Shown: positions 7,941 through 17,116 of the stretch, in pieces | How the letters are laid out: each line of letters begins with the position of its first letter | Numbering within the stretch: the first letter of the stretch is position 1 | Virus record (IMG/VR): IMGVR_UViG_2537561604_000012 | Length of the DNA: 30,216 nucleotides | Source of the DNA: a virus | Taxonomy: Duplodnaviria; Heunggongvirae; Uroviricota; Caudoviricetes | Direction: 5' to 3' (one strand) | The notes under the pieces: model-generated | Database searches by the model: none | Told to the model about the DNA's origin: nothing | What the model saw: the letters and a program-made list of their open reading frames with translations, nothing else | Translations under genes and position numbers: made by a program

Positions 7941-9002
7941 TCATGCCGCACCCTTATCCGTTGATTCTGTGTAACTTAAATCAAAGTTAAGGTGTAGCCT
8001 TTCCGGTATTTCGGGATCATTGTTAACGGCCAGCATAAAACGGCGCTGGATGGGGGCAATTTCGCTTTTCTTGTAAATGCGTTCAGCCTTTTCAACATCC
8101 CCCAGTCCGGCAGTGTTCTGCGGGACAATACCGGCGAGGCCAGCAGGGAAACGGTGAGCGTTCAGAATGTCCTGGGCGCTGATGTTCTTGATGTTGGCAA
8201 ATTCATCCTTTGCGGAAATATCCCCCATTTCAATGAATTTGATGGCGTCGCCGTCTCCACCGGGAATGTTTACAAGGATGGTGGAGAAGTTACCGATCCC
8301 TTTGCTGTCACGCAGCTGCTGTTCAATTTCTTCCTCCATTTCGTCCGTCATGCTGGGATCGCGGGTATAAAGAATACCGCCTGTGTGCGCACCATTGTGG
8401 TAATAGCGGCGTCGGAAAATGACCGCTTCACTGTTAAGTAACGCGGAATGCACACCGCCTATGTAGTCCGGCAGCCCGTAGATATGCTGTTGCGGGTCAT
8501 ACATTTTGATGAAGATAATATCTTCTTCTGGCCATACCTGCGGTTCCCCTTCCTGTAACACCACGTAGTCACCAGGCTTATCCAGGGCGTTATCTCTGAC
8601 TTTGCGGCGGCGAATATACAGACCGGGCAAGGGTTCAAGTGCGATCACGTCACCCCAGCCGTTACGAATTTTGGCAATCGCAATATCCCCAAAGGTTATA
8701 TAGTCAAACGCTGCCGCTTCCAGCTGGTCGTGAATAAGCCCGCCCCCCTGGTAGTCTGAAACAATCATGTTTTTACGGGCGTGAATGATGCCGCCGTGCT
8801 GACCGTTAAGATTAATCAGTTGCGCGAGTGCCAGCCGGTCAATCGGCTGGGTGAAGTGATCGGCGGCATTGTCGTACCAGATATCACGGTAATCTGTGCC
8901 GGTAGTCAGAACTGGTTCAGGTTTGCCGAATGTGATAATGCTCATCTTTTTTGATTTGTCGCCGCGCTGGTCGCGCTTAACAAAGCGTTTCTTTTTACTC
9001 AT
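7941..9002 (-). CDS. Q: Portal (capsid portal vertex) protein, P2 gpQ-like
   Basis: 353 aa; immediately downstream of and overlapping (ATGA) the large terminase gene; size matches P2 Q (~344 aa). Confidence 0.8.
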   Translation of the reverse strand: MSKKKRFVKRDQRGDKSKKMSIITFGKPEPVLTTGTDYRDIWYDNAADHFTQPIDRLALAQLINLNGQHGGIIHARKNMIVSDYQGGGLIHDQLEAAAFDYITFGDIAIAKIRNGWGDVIALEPLPGLYIRRRKVRDNALDKPGDYVVLQEGEPQVWPEEDIIFIKMYDPQQHIYGLPDYIGGVHSALLNSEAVIFRRRYYHNGAHTGGILYTRDPSMTDEMEEEIEQQLRDSKGIGNFSTILVNIPGGDGDAIKFIEMGDISAKDEFANIKNISAQDILNAHRFPAGLAGIVPQNTAGLGDVEKAERIYKKSEIAPIQRRFMLAVNNDPEIPERLHLNFDLSYTESTDKGAA

Positions 9003-10774
9003 GCTGCCTCTTTCCTTACACCCCAGCGGGATTTAGGTTTGTTTTCATAATTAAGGGGTTCGTTATGCAGACCGTGGGTAATCGCCCAGAACGCCTCCGC
9101 GTGGCCGGTATCCTGGCTGCGGTCAGCGACAAACGTCATGGCGTTGCCGCTTTGTGTGGTGGTTCGGCGCACAGACATAAAGCTGGCGGCGATCTCTTTC
9201 AGGTTTTTATCCCACTCAATACGCTGGCTTTCCACCACGTCCACCGCTTTCAGTACCAGCTTATTTTTGGTGTTCAGGTCGTAACGAATAGGGACGGCCA
9301 CGCGCATGGCAAAATGCTGAATGTTGTCAAAAACACCCTGGCCAATGCCGGTAACGTCCACCCCCAGATATGTGAAGTTGTATTTTTTGAACAACTGCTC
9401 GATCTGTTTTGCCTGGTACCGGAAGTTCATGCCTTTCCAGTAAATCACCTTCAGAACGCGGAACTTCTCCACGGCGAGCATCGGTGGGGCGATGATGACA
9501 AAACAGGACAAATCCCCGCTGCGAGCCGGGTCAAAGCCGCCCCACACTGGCCTGTCACCGAATGGCCGCGCTGCATCTGGGTTGTGATCCTGCCAGGTGT
9601 CGATTTCAACGCCGCAGGCTTCCAGGTCGGAAAAGCTGAAAACGGAATCTTTGCTGTCAACGAACACGCACATATAGAGCATGTTAAAAGTGGCGTCGTT
9701 GTAGCGGTTGCGAAGTTTCTCGATGTTCGCCAGGTTGAAACCGCCCGCAATGGCATCTTCCATCGTAATGACGTAGCGCCATTGCCCATCCGGGCAGAGT
9801 CGCCCGCCGTCACGCATTTCGTTAAAGGAAGGAAACTTAATGGCCGCACGTTTTTTACTGCCCTGTTTCCACTCATCGCCCGTCCAGAACGGGTACGCCT
9901 GGTGCGTTTTTGCCGATGGCGTTGAAAAATAGGTGGTACGCCACTTGTCATGCGTGGCCATTGCGCTGGCCACTTCGTTAAGTTTTGCAAAGTTTGGTAC
10001 CCAGAAATATTCGTCACAGTACAGGTGGCCACTGTAGGACTGGGCGGTGTTTTTGTTGGTGGAGAGAAAACGCAGTTCTGCGCCGTTGCTTAAGCGGATC
10101 GGGTTACCGGTCAGCGTAATACCGAAATACTGCTCTGCAATATTCACGATGTAAGACCGGAACACTTCAGCCTGAGCCTTTGACGCTGACAGAAAGATTT
10201 GCGGATCGCCGGTCATCACCGCGTTTTCAAACGCTTCAAACGCAAAATACCAGGTCGCACCGATCTGGCGGCTTTTCAGGATATTCCTGACAAGCTGGCC
10301 AATGTTATTGCGCAGGTGTTTCTGATATTCAAAAAGATGTTCCTCAGCCCATGCGTCAAAGTCCTCCTGCGTCAGCGAGGTAATATCGTTTTTCTTGTAC
10401 TTCCGTTTGCTGCGCGGTTCGTCGTCATTGTTGTCCCGCGCAGCTGCTTGCCCGGAACTCTGACCGCTGGCCATTTTCTCTTTGTGTTTATTACTCTGCG
10501 CACGCAGTTTCGTGGCATGAGCAATGAGCATGTCCATTTCTTTCAGGTCGAGATCGGTTTTGTTATCGCGGCTGGCCAGCAGTTGGTAACGGCGTTCAAT
10601 CGCTTCCTCTGTGCTTTCAAAACTGAGCAAATCCGCCCAGCTGTATTTCTCCGCCCAGTAGTAAACGATCCGCGCATTCGGCAGATTTAATTCAGATGCG
10701 ATTTCCTTTGGCGTATAGCGGCGCAGATAAAGTGCGCGAACAACGCCTTTTAATTCTTCAGAGTATTTAGCCAT
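8999..10774 (-). CDS. P: Terminase large (ATPase) subunit, P2 gpP-like
   Basis: 591 aa (P2 P ~590 aa); Walker A-like KSRQIGAT and Walker B-like LYCDEYF; divergent from scaffold gene as in P2. Confidence 0.9.
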   Translation of the reverse strand: MAKYSEELKGVVRALYLRRYTPKEIASELNLPNARIVYYWAEKYSWADLLSFESTEEAIERRYQLLASRDNKTDLDLKEMDMLIAHATKLRAQSNKHKEKMASGQSSGQAAARDNNDDEPRSKRKYKKNDITSLTQEDFDAWAEEHLFEYQKHLRNNIGQLVRNILKSRQIGATWYFAFEAFENAVMTGDPQIFLSASKAQAEVFRSYIVNIAEQYFGITLTGNPIRLSNGAELRFLSTNKNTAQSYSGHLYCDEYFWVPNFAKLNEVASAMATHDKWRTTYFSTPSAKTHQAYPFWTGDEWKQGSKKRAAIKFPSFNEMRDGGRLCPDGQWRYVITMEDAIAGGFNLANIEKLRNRYNDATFNMLYMCVFVDSKDSVFSFSDLEACGVEIDTWQDHNPDAARPFGDRPVWGGFDPARSGDLSCFVIIAPPMLAVEKFRVLKVIYWKGMNFRYQAKQIEQLFKKYNFTYLGVDVTGIGQGVFDNIQHFAMRVAVPIRYDLNTKNKLVLKAVDVVESQRIEWDKNLKEIAASFMSVRRTTTQSGNAMTFVADRSQDTGHAEAFWAITHGLHNEPLNYENKPKSRWGVRKEAA

Positions 10775-10826
10775 GCGGATAATTATGCCGTGGCTGTGAT
10801 GAAAAAACGGTGGTGTTAATTCGTGT

Positions 10827-10855
10827 CTGTTCGGTAAAGCGTTATAACCGAACTG
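10827..10855. promoter_or_regulatory. Dyad-symmetry element GTTCGGT-N11-ACCGAAC in divergent P/O late promoter region; candidate late-activator (Ogr-like) binding site
   Basis: Perfect 7-bp inverted repeat at 10829-10835 / 10847-10853 in 161-bp intergenic region between divergent P and O genes. Does not fit the canonical TGT-N12-ACA spacing exactly. Confidence 0.35.
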
Positions 10856-10935
10856 TTCAGAATAAAGCGTAATGCGGTGGCGGTTTTATTTGGCAATAAT
10901 TGATTTGCAGCGTCAGGGAGTGGAACAGGGGGGAT

Positions 10936-11739
10936 ATGTCACATTTAAAAACTGACTGGCTGTGTGTTGCTACTGAAGGGGATACCGTTGACGGCAGGGT
11001 AATTAAACGGCAGTGGATCATTGATATGGGGGAAACCTATGACTATAGCCACTATGTCGCTTTAATCTGGCCAGAACATGAGGATGATTGCGGGAATTTT
11101 GGTGAAGTGCTGGAAGCCACCTGGAATGATGGTGAAGATGGACTGGCACGGTTATATGTCAGCCTTTGCCCGAATATGCGTCTGATTTTCGCAAATCATG
11201 AAGATCAGCTTTTGTTCTTCTCCATTGAGCCGGAAGAAAACTGGCGCGGTAGCGGGCGTACTTACCTGAAAGGGCTGGCGGTAACAGATACACCTGCCAG
11301 CGTTGGCACCACACGGCTGCGTTTTAGTAGTCGGCGCAATAAATTAACAAAGCAGGGATATTACAGTTGTGTAATTTCCCGTGACGGAAAAATTAAACAG
11401 GAAGCAAGAATGAAGAACTGGCAGAAACGGTTTGGTATTAAGCCAAAGTTTGAAGATGAAACGCCACAGGATAATCCTGCCCCGGATGAAGATAAATTAC
11501 AGGCGCTTGCCAATGTAGTGAACGATCTGGAAGCGCGAGTGGCGAAAATTGAAAATCAACTGAATGACGTTCAGGGTGATGTTGACACAATCGCTGAAGT
11601 GGTGGATACGCAGGAATTTGCGGCAATCCGCGATAATGCAAAAGAAATCGTAACCCGCTTTAACGATCTGGGTAATAAAAACACCCGTACACCGGGGCGT
11701 ACTATTAAAGATAAAGCCGGGAAATTTAATTTCCTGTAA
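10936..11739 (+). CDS. O: Capsid scaffolding protein, P2 gpO-like
   Basis: First ATG of ORF (track start 10900 is TTG); GGGGGG/GGGAG upstream; position divergent from P and upstream of major capsid gene; C-terminal coiled-coil-like segment. Confidence 0.75.
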   Translation: MSHLKTDWLCVATEGDTVDGRVIKRQWIIDMGETYDYSHYVALIWPEHEDDCGNFGEVLEATWNDGEDGLARLYVSLCPNMRLIFANHEDQLLFFSIEPEENWRGSGRTYLKGLAVTDTPASVGTTRLRFSSRRNKLTKQGYYSCVISRDGKIKQEARMKNWQKRFGIKPKFEDETPQDNPAPDEDKLQALANVVNDLEARVAKIENQLNDVQGDVDTIAEVVDTQEFAAIRDNAKEIVTRFNDLGNKNTRTPGRTIKDKAGKFNFL

Positions 11740-11801
11740 TTCGCTTTATTGCTGATTAGTCCAGAACATATTTTTAAATCGCTTAATTGCGAGGGAGTTT
11801 T

Positions 11802-12824
11802 ATGCACCTTAATAATCGTGCGCGGGATTTACTGGATAAATACTCGGCGGGGATGGCGCAGCAGTTTGGTGCGCGTGATACCAGTCGATATTTTTCCCTG
11901 AATGACCCGCAGGAAAATGCGCTGCGTCTTGCGCTGCTGGAGTCCGTCGAGTTCCTGAACATGATCACCTGTCTGGATGTTGACCAGCTGAGTGGCCAGG
12001 TGATCTCTGTCGGTTCCTCTGTGCTGCATACCGGCCGCAGCGAAAATGGCCGTTTCATTCGTCAGGTAGGCGTTGACGGTAATGACTATTCCCTGGTTGA
12101 AACAGACAGCTGCGCCGCACTGCGCTGGGATCTGCTTTCTGTCTGGGCAAACGCCGGTAAGGACGAAAACGAGTTTTACAACCTGGTACAGGCATTCACC
12201 ACGCAGGCTTTTGCGCTGGACATGTTGCGCATTGGTTTTAATGGTAAGAGCCGGGCGAAAACCACTGATCCGGTAGCAAACCCGAACGGTGAAGATGTGA
12301 ACATCGGCTGGCATGAGCGTATGAAAACGCTGCTGGGTGGCAATCAGATTATGACCGATCCCGTGGTGCTCGATGAGGCAGGGGATTACAAGTCACTGGA
12401 TGCAATGGCGTCTGATCTGATTAACGCCAAAATCCCGGCACAGTTCCGCAATGACCCGCGTCTGGTTGTCCTGGTCGGTGCCGATCTGGTCGCTGCTGAA
12501 CAGTACCGACTGTATCAGGCAGCAGACCGTCCGACTGAAAAAATTGCTGCGCAGATGCTGGGAAGCACCATTGCTGGCCGTCAGGCCATTATTCCGCCGT
12601 TTATGCCGGGTAAACGCATGGTGGTTACGCCGCTGTCTAACCTGCACATCTACACCCAGCGCAATACCCGTATGCGTAAGGCGGAGTTTGTTGAAGATCG
12701 TAAGCAGTTCGAAAACAAATACCTGCGCAATGAAGGTTACGCGGTGGAAGTACCGGAGCTGTATGCGGCCATTGATGAATCCGCTGTGACAATCGGCAAA
12801 GTCTCCGAACCGGTGGAGGGCTGA
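11802..12824 (+). CDS. N: Major capsid protein, P2 gpN-like
   Basis: ATG 11802 with GAGGGA 5 nt upstream; segments IGFNGKSRAKTTDPVANPNGEDVNIGW and GDYKSLDAMASDL...DPRLVVLVGADL closely resemble P2 gpN as I recall it. Confidence 0.85.
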   Translation: MHLNNRARDLLDKYSAGMAQQFGARDTSRYFSLNDPQENALRLALLESVEFLNMITCLDVDQLSGQVISVGSSVLHTGRSENGRFIRQVGVDGNDYSLVETDSCAALRWDLLSVWANAGKDENEFYNLVQAFTTQAFALDMLRIGFNGKSRAKTTDPVANPNGEDVNIGWHERMKTLLGGNQIMTDPVVLDEAGDYKSLDAMASDLINAKIPAQFRNDPRLVVLVGADLVAAEQYRLYQAADRPTEKIAAQMLGSTIAGRQAIIPPFMPGKRMVVTPLSNLHIYTQRNTRMRKAEFVEDRKQFENKYLRNEGYAVEVPELYAAIDESAVTIGKVSEPVEG

Positions 12825-12827
12825 TAA

Positions 12828-13532
12828 ATGGCACTTTCCCCCGCGCAGCGTCACAGCCAGCGTATTGCAATGGAACAAAAGCTGAAGCGCAGCCAGGCAC
12901 TGGAAACCGCGGAAAGTATGCACCTGCTGATCAGGGCGCTGGAAACGGATGTGGAACACGTTCGAAGTCTGCCTACCATCGCCGATCGCGTCGAGTATAA
13001 ACGCGATGTGCTGTTGCCGCGCTGGGTTCCCACTGTGGAAGCCTATCTGGAGAGTGGCCAGGTGTATGCAAATCCGGTTTTCGCCTGGTGTGTTATCTGG
13101 CTGTTTGACGTGGGCGATCTGGATAAGGCGCTGGACTGGGCTGACATTGCTATCAGCCAGCAGCAGGCAACCCCGGATCGGTTACGCAGCAATTTTCCCA
13201 CTTTCGTGGCGGATACGATGCTGGCATGGGCGCAGGAAACCGCAGGGCGTGGGGAAAGTGTGGAGCCTTATTTCACCCGCACGTTTGAGCGGGTGGCAAA
13301 CACCTGGCGACTGCATGAGCAAGTGACGGCCAAATGGTTCAAGTTTGCTGGTCAGGAGTTGCTACGCAATGACGATGGCCAGAAAACGGCGGCGGGCGTG
13401 GATGATATTGAAACGCTGGAAAAGGCCGATCAGCTGCTGGCTATTGCAGAAAAACACTACTCAAAAATTGGCGTCAGAACGGCACGGCAGACGATTGCCG
13501 CTCGCATCCGAAAATTGACAACACAAGGATAA
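12828..13532 (+). CDS. M: Terminase small (endonuclease) subunit, P2 gpM-like
   Basis: 234 aa, RBS GGAGGG; immediately after capsid gene as in P2 (O-N-M-L). Confidence 0.75.
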   Translation: MALSPAQRHSQRIAMEQKLKRSQALETAESMHLLIRALETDVEHVRSLPTIADRVEYKRDVLLPRWVPTVEAYLESGQVYANPVFAWCVIWLFDVGDLDKALDWADIAISQQQATPDRLRSNFPTFVADTMLAWAQETAGRGESVEPYFTRTFERVANTWRLHEQVTAKWFKFAGQELLRNDDGQKTAAGVDDIETLEKADQLLAIAEKHYSKIGVRTARQTIAARIRKLTTQG

Positions 13533-13538
13533 CAACAA

Positions 13539-13775
13539 ATGAAAGAAAGCCATTTACAAGGTGCACATACCCATACCGTGGGGGCACATAGCCATTCTCT
13601 GGGTGGTGCACATACCCATACCGTGGGGGCACATAGCCATTCTCTGGGTGGTGCACATACCCATACCGTGGGGGCACATAGCCATTCTCTGGGTGGTGCA
13701 CATACCCATACCGTGGGTGCACATAGCCATTCTCTGAGTGGTGCACATACGCACACTTTTAATACTGAGCAGTAA
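13539..13775 (+). CDS. His-rich tandem-repeat mini-protein (78 aa; 4.4 x 15-aa unit GAHTHTVGAHSHSLG)
   Basis: ATG 13539 with AAGGA 9 nt upstream, co-oriented in head operon; almost entirely HxH-containing repeats. Both strands are open across the repeat, so coding status is uncertain. Confidence 0.4.
   Translation: MKESHLQGAHTHTVGAHSHSLGGAHTHTVGAHSHSLGGAHTHTVGAHSHSLGGAHTHTVGAHSHSLSGAHTHTFNTEQ
13560..13760. repeat. 45-bp direct tandem repeat, 3 identical copies + 1 copy with 2 substitutions + partial copy
   Basis: Unit ggtgcacatacccataccgtgggggcacatagccattctctgggt at 13560-13604, 13605-13649, 13650-13694 (identical), 13695-13739 (2 mismatches), partial from 13740. Confidence 0.95.
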
Positions 13776-13871
13776 ACGACTACCGCAAGCCAGGCGGACG
13801 CGGTGGAGGGCAGAACACCTTGTGTGTAACTGCGCCGTGGAAACCGGCCAGTCCGCCTTTTCGGGGGATTT

Positions 13872-14324
13872 ATGTTTAGCGGAAAGCCGCTGGATTATCA
13901 GGATGAACCGCTGACCAATAACGGATTCTGGCCAGACCTGAATCTGAAGGATTTTCAGGCGCAGCGGTCACTACCGCCAGATATTGACGCTGACACCATC
14001 AGCCAGGCGCTACTTGCGGCGGTGGCGGAGGTGAATGCGGAGCTGGAAAACGTGGAAGCCAGCTGGAAAGCGAAAGGCAACACGCTGGCGGCAGAGGTAC
14101 CAGGCGTAAAAATGGGCGGACTGAACAGCCTGTGCGCCCAGTATATGAAGGCCGTTTTTGCCAGGGCAAAAGCGGATCTGCTGGGGGAGTTTGCCACCAT
14201 CGGGCGGCGTGATACCCATCCGGGACAGGAAAGCATGGAAACCCGTGCGGGGTTACTGGCTGAAGCATCGGTGGTGATCCGCCGTATGAAAGGGCTGAAA
14301 CGGGCAACGGTGAAAAAAGTATGA
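13872..14324 (+). CDS. L: Head completion/stabilisation protein, P2 gpL-like (by position)
   Basis: 150 aa, ATG 13872 with GGGGGA upstream; follows small terminase as in P2; no motif verified. Confidence 0.55.
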   Translation: MFSGKPLDYQDEPLTNNGFWPDLNLKDFQAQRSLPPDIDADTISQALLAAVAEVNAELENVEASWKAKGNTLAAEVPGVKMGGLNSLCAQYMKAVFARAKADLLGEFATIGRRDTHPGQESMETRAGLLAEASVVIRRMKGLKRATVKKV

Positions 14325-14827
14325 GCCAGACGCAGATCCAGAGCCTGACCGCATTTTTTAAAGAGAATGTCCCGCCCCGTGCGATGCGGTCATTTGACAG
14401 TGTGCTGGATGAGATGAAGTTCATTCCTGCGGCGAAGGATTACGGACTGGGACAATATCGCCAGGCGGTGATCCGATATGACGCGGTTCTGAGCTGGGAG
14501 CGTTTCCCGTATCGCCTGTGCCCGCCGCAGCTGCTTATGTCCTTACTGGCGGCGTGGCTGGATGATGCTGACAGGGAACTACTGGATGAAGTGGGACTGA
14601 GTGAAGCCGAACCGGACTGGGATGTGTCGGTGGAGGATGAGGAAGTGGCCACTGTGGTGCTGACTGTTCCGATGGTGGAAGAACTGGTGATCAGGCAGGA
14701 CGAAAACGGGGCTATTCCGTGGCGGGGTGAGCGATGGTCACTGGTTGAGCCTGAAATCTGGACGGCACTGACCGCCAGTATTTACAGCGTGGATGAGCCC
14801 GGTGCGCCGGTGGGGGATAACGAATGA
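14321..14827 (+). CDS. Putative tail completion protein (gpR-like, by position)
   Basis: 168 aa; ATGA-coupled to L; acidic C-terminal half; assignment by synteny only. Confidence 0.35.
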   Translation: MSQTQIQSLTAFFKENVPPRAMRSFDSVLDEMKFIPAAKDYGLGQYRQAVIRYDAVLSWERFPYRLCPPQLLMSLLAAWLDDADRELLDEVGLSEAEPDWDVSVEDEEVATVVLTVPMVEELVIRQDENGAIPWRGERWSLVEPEIWTALTASIYSVDEPGAPVGDNE

Positions 14828-15531
14828 TTGCCGGTGGCGAGCTGAATAAAAAACAGCTGGCCGAATTGCGCAAAGCACTGGCCAGCATGGAGCTGCCGCC
14901 GAGAAAACGGCAGCGTCTGATCTGGCGTCTGGCCAAATATGGCGTGATTGCTGCGGCAAAACGGCATGTGCGCAATCAGGAATCCCCGGATGGCCAGAAG
15001 TGGCCGGGACGTAAGACAAAACGCAAAGGGAAGATGCTGCGCAACCTGCCAAAGCTGCTGCATATCCGTGAAATGCCAGAAATTCAGGCTGTGCGGATCT
15101 ATTTACAGGGCGGCGGATACCGGAACGGGGAAACGCCGGTACCAGCCGGAACGGTGGGTTACGCGCAACAAAACGGAATGCGCGTAAAGGTCAGCCGCAG
15201 TAATCAGCCACGGAAGGCAGAGGCCGGGAAAATGGCGACGCCTGCCCAGGCCAAAAAATTACGGGCGCTGGGGTACCGGGTGAAAACCGGTAAGCGATGG
15301 AAAAAGCCCACACTGGGCGAAATCACCAAAACGATGCCATACAGCCAGGCGGGGCTGCTGATTCGAAAACTCAGCGGTAAAGCCGTGAAAACCAGCTGGA
15401 CAGTGGATCTTCCTGCCCGTGTGTTTCTGGGCATGAATGATGATGAATTTGACAAGGCGCTGGCGCGTCAGCTTCAGGCCATCGGCTTTGGCTGGGACGT
15501 TAAAGCGCAGGATATTAAGGGGAAAGCATGA
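14824..15531 (+). CDS. Putative virion morphogenesis / tail completion protein (gpS-like)
   Basis: 235 aa, basic, ATGA-coupled; resembles phage virion morphogenesis family in composition; by position. Confidence 0.4.
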   Translation: MIAGGELNKKQLAELRKALASMELPPRKRQRLIWRLAKYGVIAAAKRHVRNQESPDGQKWPGRKTKRKGKMLRNLPKLLHIREMPEIQAVRIYLQGGGYRNGETPVPAGTVGYAQQNGMRVKVSRSNQPRKAEAGKMATPAQAKKLRALGYRVKTGKRWKKPTLGEITKTMPYSQAGLLIRKLSGKAVKTSWTVDLPARVFLGMNDDEFDKALARQLQAIGFGWDVKAQDIKGKA

Positions 15532-16655
15532 CCTGGCCAATTGTGACCGTAAACCAGGTAAATCAGCTGTTGGGTGAAACCAATGAAGTGGAACGCACAC
15601 TGCTGTTTATCGGTTCGGGTACCAAAAATGTGGGGAAAACGCTGGCGGTGAATGCCCAGAGTGATTTTGATTCGCTGCTGGGCGAGGAAGCCAGTCCGCT
15701 GAAAAATGATGTTCTGGCTGCTCTGGCGAACGCTGGCCAGAACTGGTGGGGATTCATTCACGTCCTGCCAGCTGACGCGGAGGCAGATGCCTGGGTGAAA
15801 GCGGTTCTGGCCGCGCAGGTGGTGTGCTCTGTGGAAGGCGTGGTGCTGTCTGACGATGTGACCGCTAAAGCGCAGGTAAATCAGGCCGTGACGTTACGAT
15901 CCACCCTGATTTCAAAGTATGGCCGCTGGGTGTGGTTCATTCTGGCCGCACAGGGAATGCAGGACGAAGAAGCCCAGGCGGATTATCAGGTACGCATGGC
16001 CACCCTTCAGGATGGCATTGCAGAAAAGGCGGTGCAGCTGGTTCCCCGCCTGTGGGGAAATGAACCGGGTGTGCTGGCTGGTCGCCTGTGTAGCCGAGCG
16101 GTAACCATTGCTGACAGTCCGGCGCGGGTTAAAACCGGTGCTCTGATGAATCTTGGCAGTGATGAAATGCCGGTTGATGGTACCGGGGAAGTGCTGGAAC
16201 TGGCCACACTTCAGGCGCTTGAAGCACAGCGTTTCAGTGTGCCGATGTGGTACCCGGATTATGACGGTTTTTACTGGGCTGATGGCCGCACGCTGGATGT
16301 TGAGGGCGGCGATTATCAGTCGATTGAAACCCTGCGCGTTGCGGATAAAGCTGCCCGCCGTGTTCGTCTGCTGGCTATCAGCAAAATCGCGGATCGCTCG
16401 CTGAACAGTACGCCGGGAAGTATCGCCGCACATCAGACACTGTTTGCCCGTCCACTGCGTGAAATGTCCACTGCAGCCAGCATTAACGGTGTGTCATTTC
16501 CGGGTGAAGTGAAGCCGCCGCAGGATGGTGATGTGACCATTGTCTGGAAAAACAAAAAGGCGGTGGATATTTACATTGTGGTGCGCACCTGGGAAGTGCC
16601 GCTGCAAATCACCATCAGTCTGTTACTGGATGCGAGTCTGGAGGCTACAGCATGA
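15528..16655 (+). CDS. Putative tail sheath-like protein
   Basis: 375 aa; only sheath-sized ORF upstream of tube-like gene, chaperone and tape measure; N-terminus IVTVNQVNQL...TLLFIGSGT loosely resembles sheath N-termini. Not verified. Confidence 0.45.
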   Translation: MTWPIVTVNQVNQLLGETNEVERTLLFIGSGTKNVGKTLAVNAQSDFDSLLGEEASPLKNDVLAALANAGQNWWGFIHVLPADAEADAWVKAVLAAQVVCSVEGVVLSDDVTAKAQVNQAVTLRSTLISKYGRWVWFILAAQGMQDEEAQADYQVRMATLQDGIAEKAVQLVPRLWGNEPGVLAGRLCSRAVTIADSPARVKTGALMNLGSDEMPVDGTGEVLELATLQALEAQRFSVPMWYPDYDGFYWADGRTLDVEGGDYQSIETLRVADKAARRVRLLAISKIADRSLNSTPGSIAAHQTLFARPLREMSTAASINGVSFPGEVKPPQDGDVTIVWKNKKAVDIYIVVRTWEVPLQITISLLLDASLEATA

Positions 16656-17107
16656 CCAAACGTATTTCGGGTATGTCGTTTGACACCTATATGGACGGCG
16701 ATCTGATCCATATCGAGAAAATCACGCTCGATATTACGGATAACAGCGCTGCCGCCCAGACGCGTGGCGTCCCTGACGGGTATGTGGATGGCGATGTTGC
16801 TGCTGAGGGGGAAATTGAAGTCAGTTCAAAAACACTTCAGGTGCTGACAGCCAAAGCCCGTGCAGCGGGTTCATGGCGTGGGCTTCCCCCACTTGATTTT
16901 CTTTTCTATGCCAAAGCCAGTAGCGAAGAAATGAAGGTGGAGACGTTCGGCAATAAATTGCAGGTCAGCAACCTGCTGGATATTGATCCGAAAGGGGGCG
17001 GCGTGACCACGCACAAAATCAAATATTTCGTGACCAGTCCGAAATTCGTCAACATCAACGGTGTGCCGTATCTGGAAGCGGAAGCCACAGAAAACCTGAT
17101 CGGATAA
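16652..17107 (+). CDS. Putative tail tube-like protein
   Basis: 151 aa, ATGA-coupled after sheath-like gene; size typical of tube proteins; not verified. Confidence 0.45.
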   Translation: MTKRISGMSFDTYMDGDLIHIEKITLDITDNSAAAQTRGVPDGYVDGDVAAEGEIEVSSKTLQVLTAKARAAGSWRGLPPLDFLFYAKASSEEMKVETFGNKLQVSNLLDIDPKGGGVTTHKIKYFVTSPKFVNINGVPYLEAEATENLIG

Positions 17108-17116
17108 GGGGCAGGG

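Noticed and set aside
10871-10890. cos-like GC motif (gcggtggcgg) in the P/O intergenic region
   Set aside because: Only partial resemblance to the P2/186 cohesive-end sequence as I recall it, and it is in the wrong location (cos is expected beside the portal gene distal end). No cos site could be identified with confidence.
13457-13756. Minus-strand ORFs across the 45-bp repeat (13457-13756, 13474-13746, 13554-13754)
   Set aside because: All frames stay open because of the repeat periodicity; they are antisense to the head operon and lack RBS. Treated as repeat artefacts; only the co-oriented plus-strand ORF with an RBS is reported, and even that at low confidence.
13560-13760. Tandem repeats as a possible CRISPR array
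   Set aside because: Repeats are directly adjacent with no spacers, have a 45-bp period and are in-frame with an ORF; no cas genes. This is a coding tandem repeat, not CRISPR.
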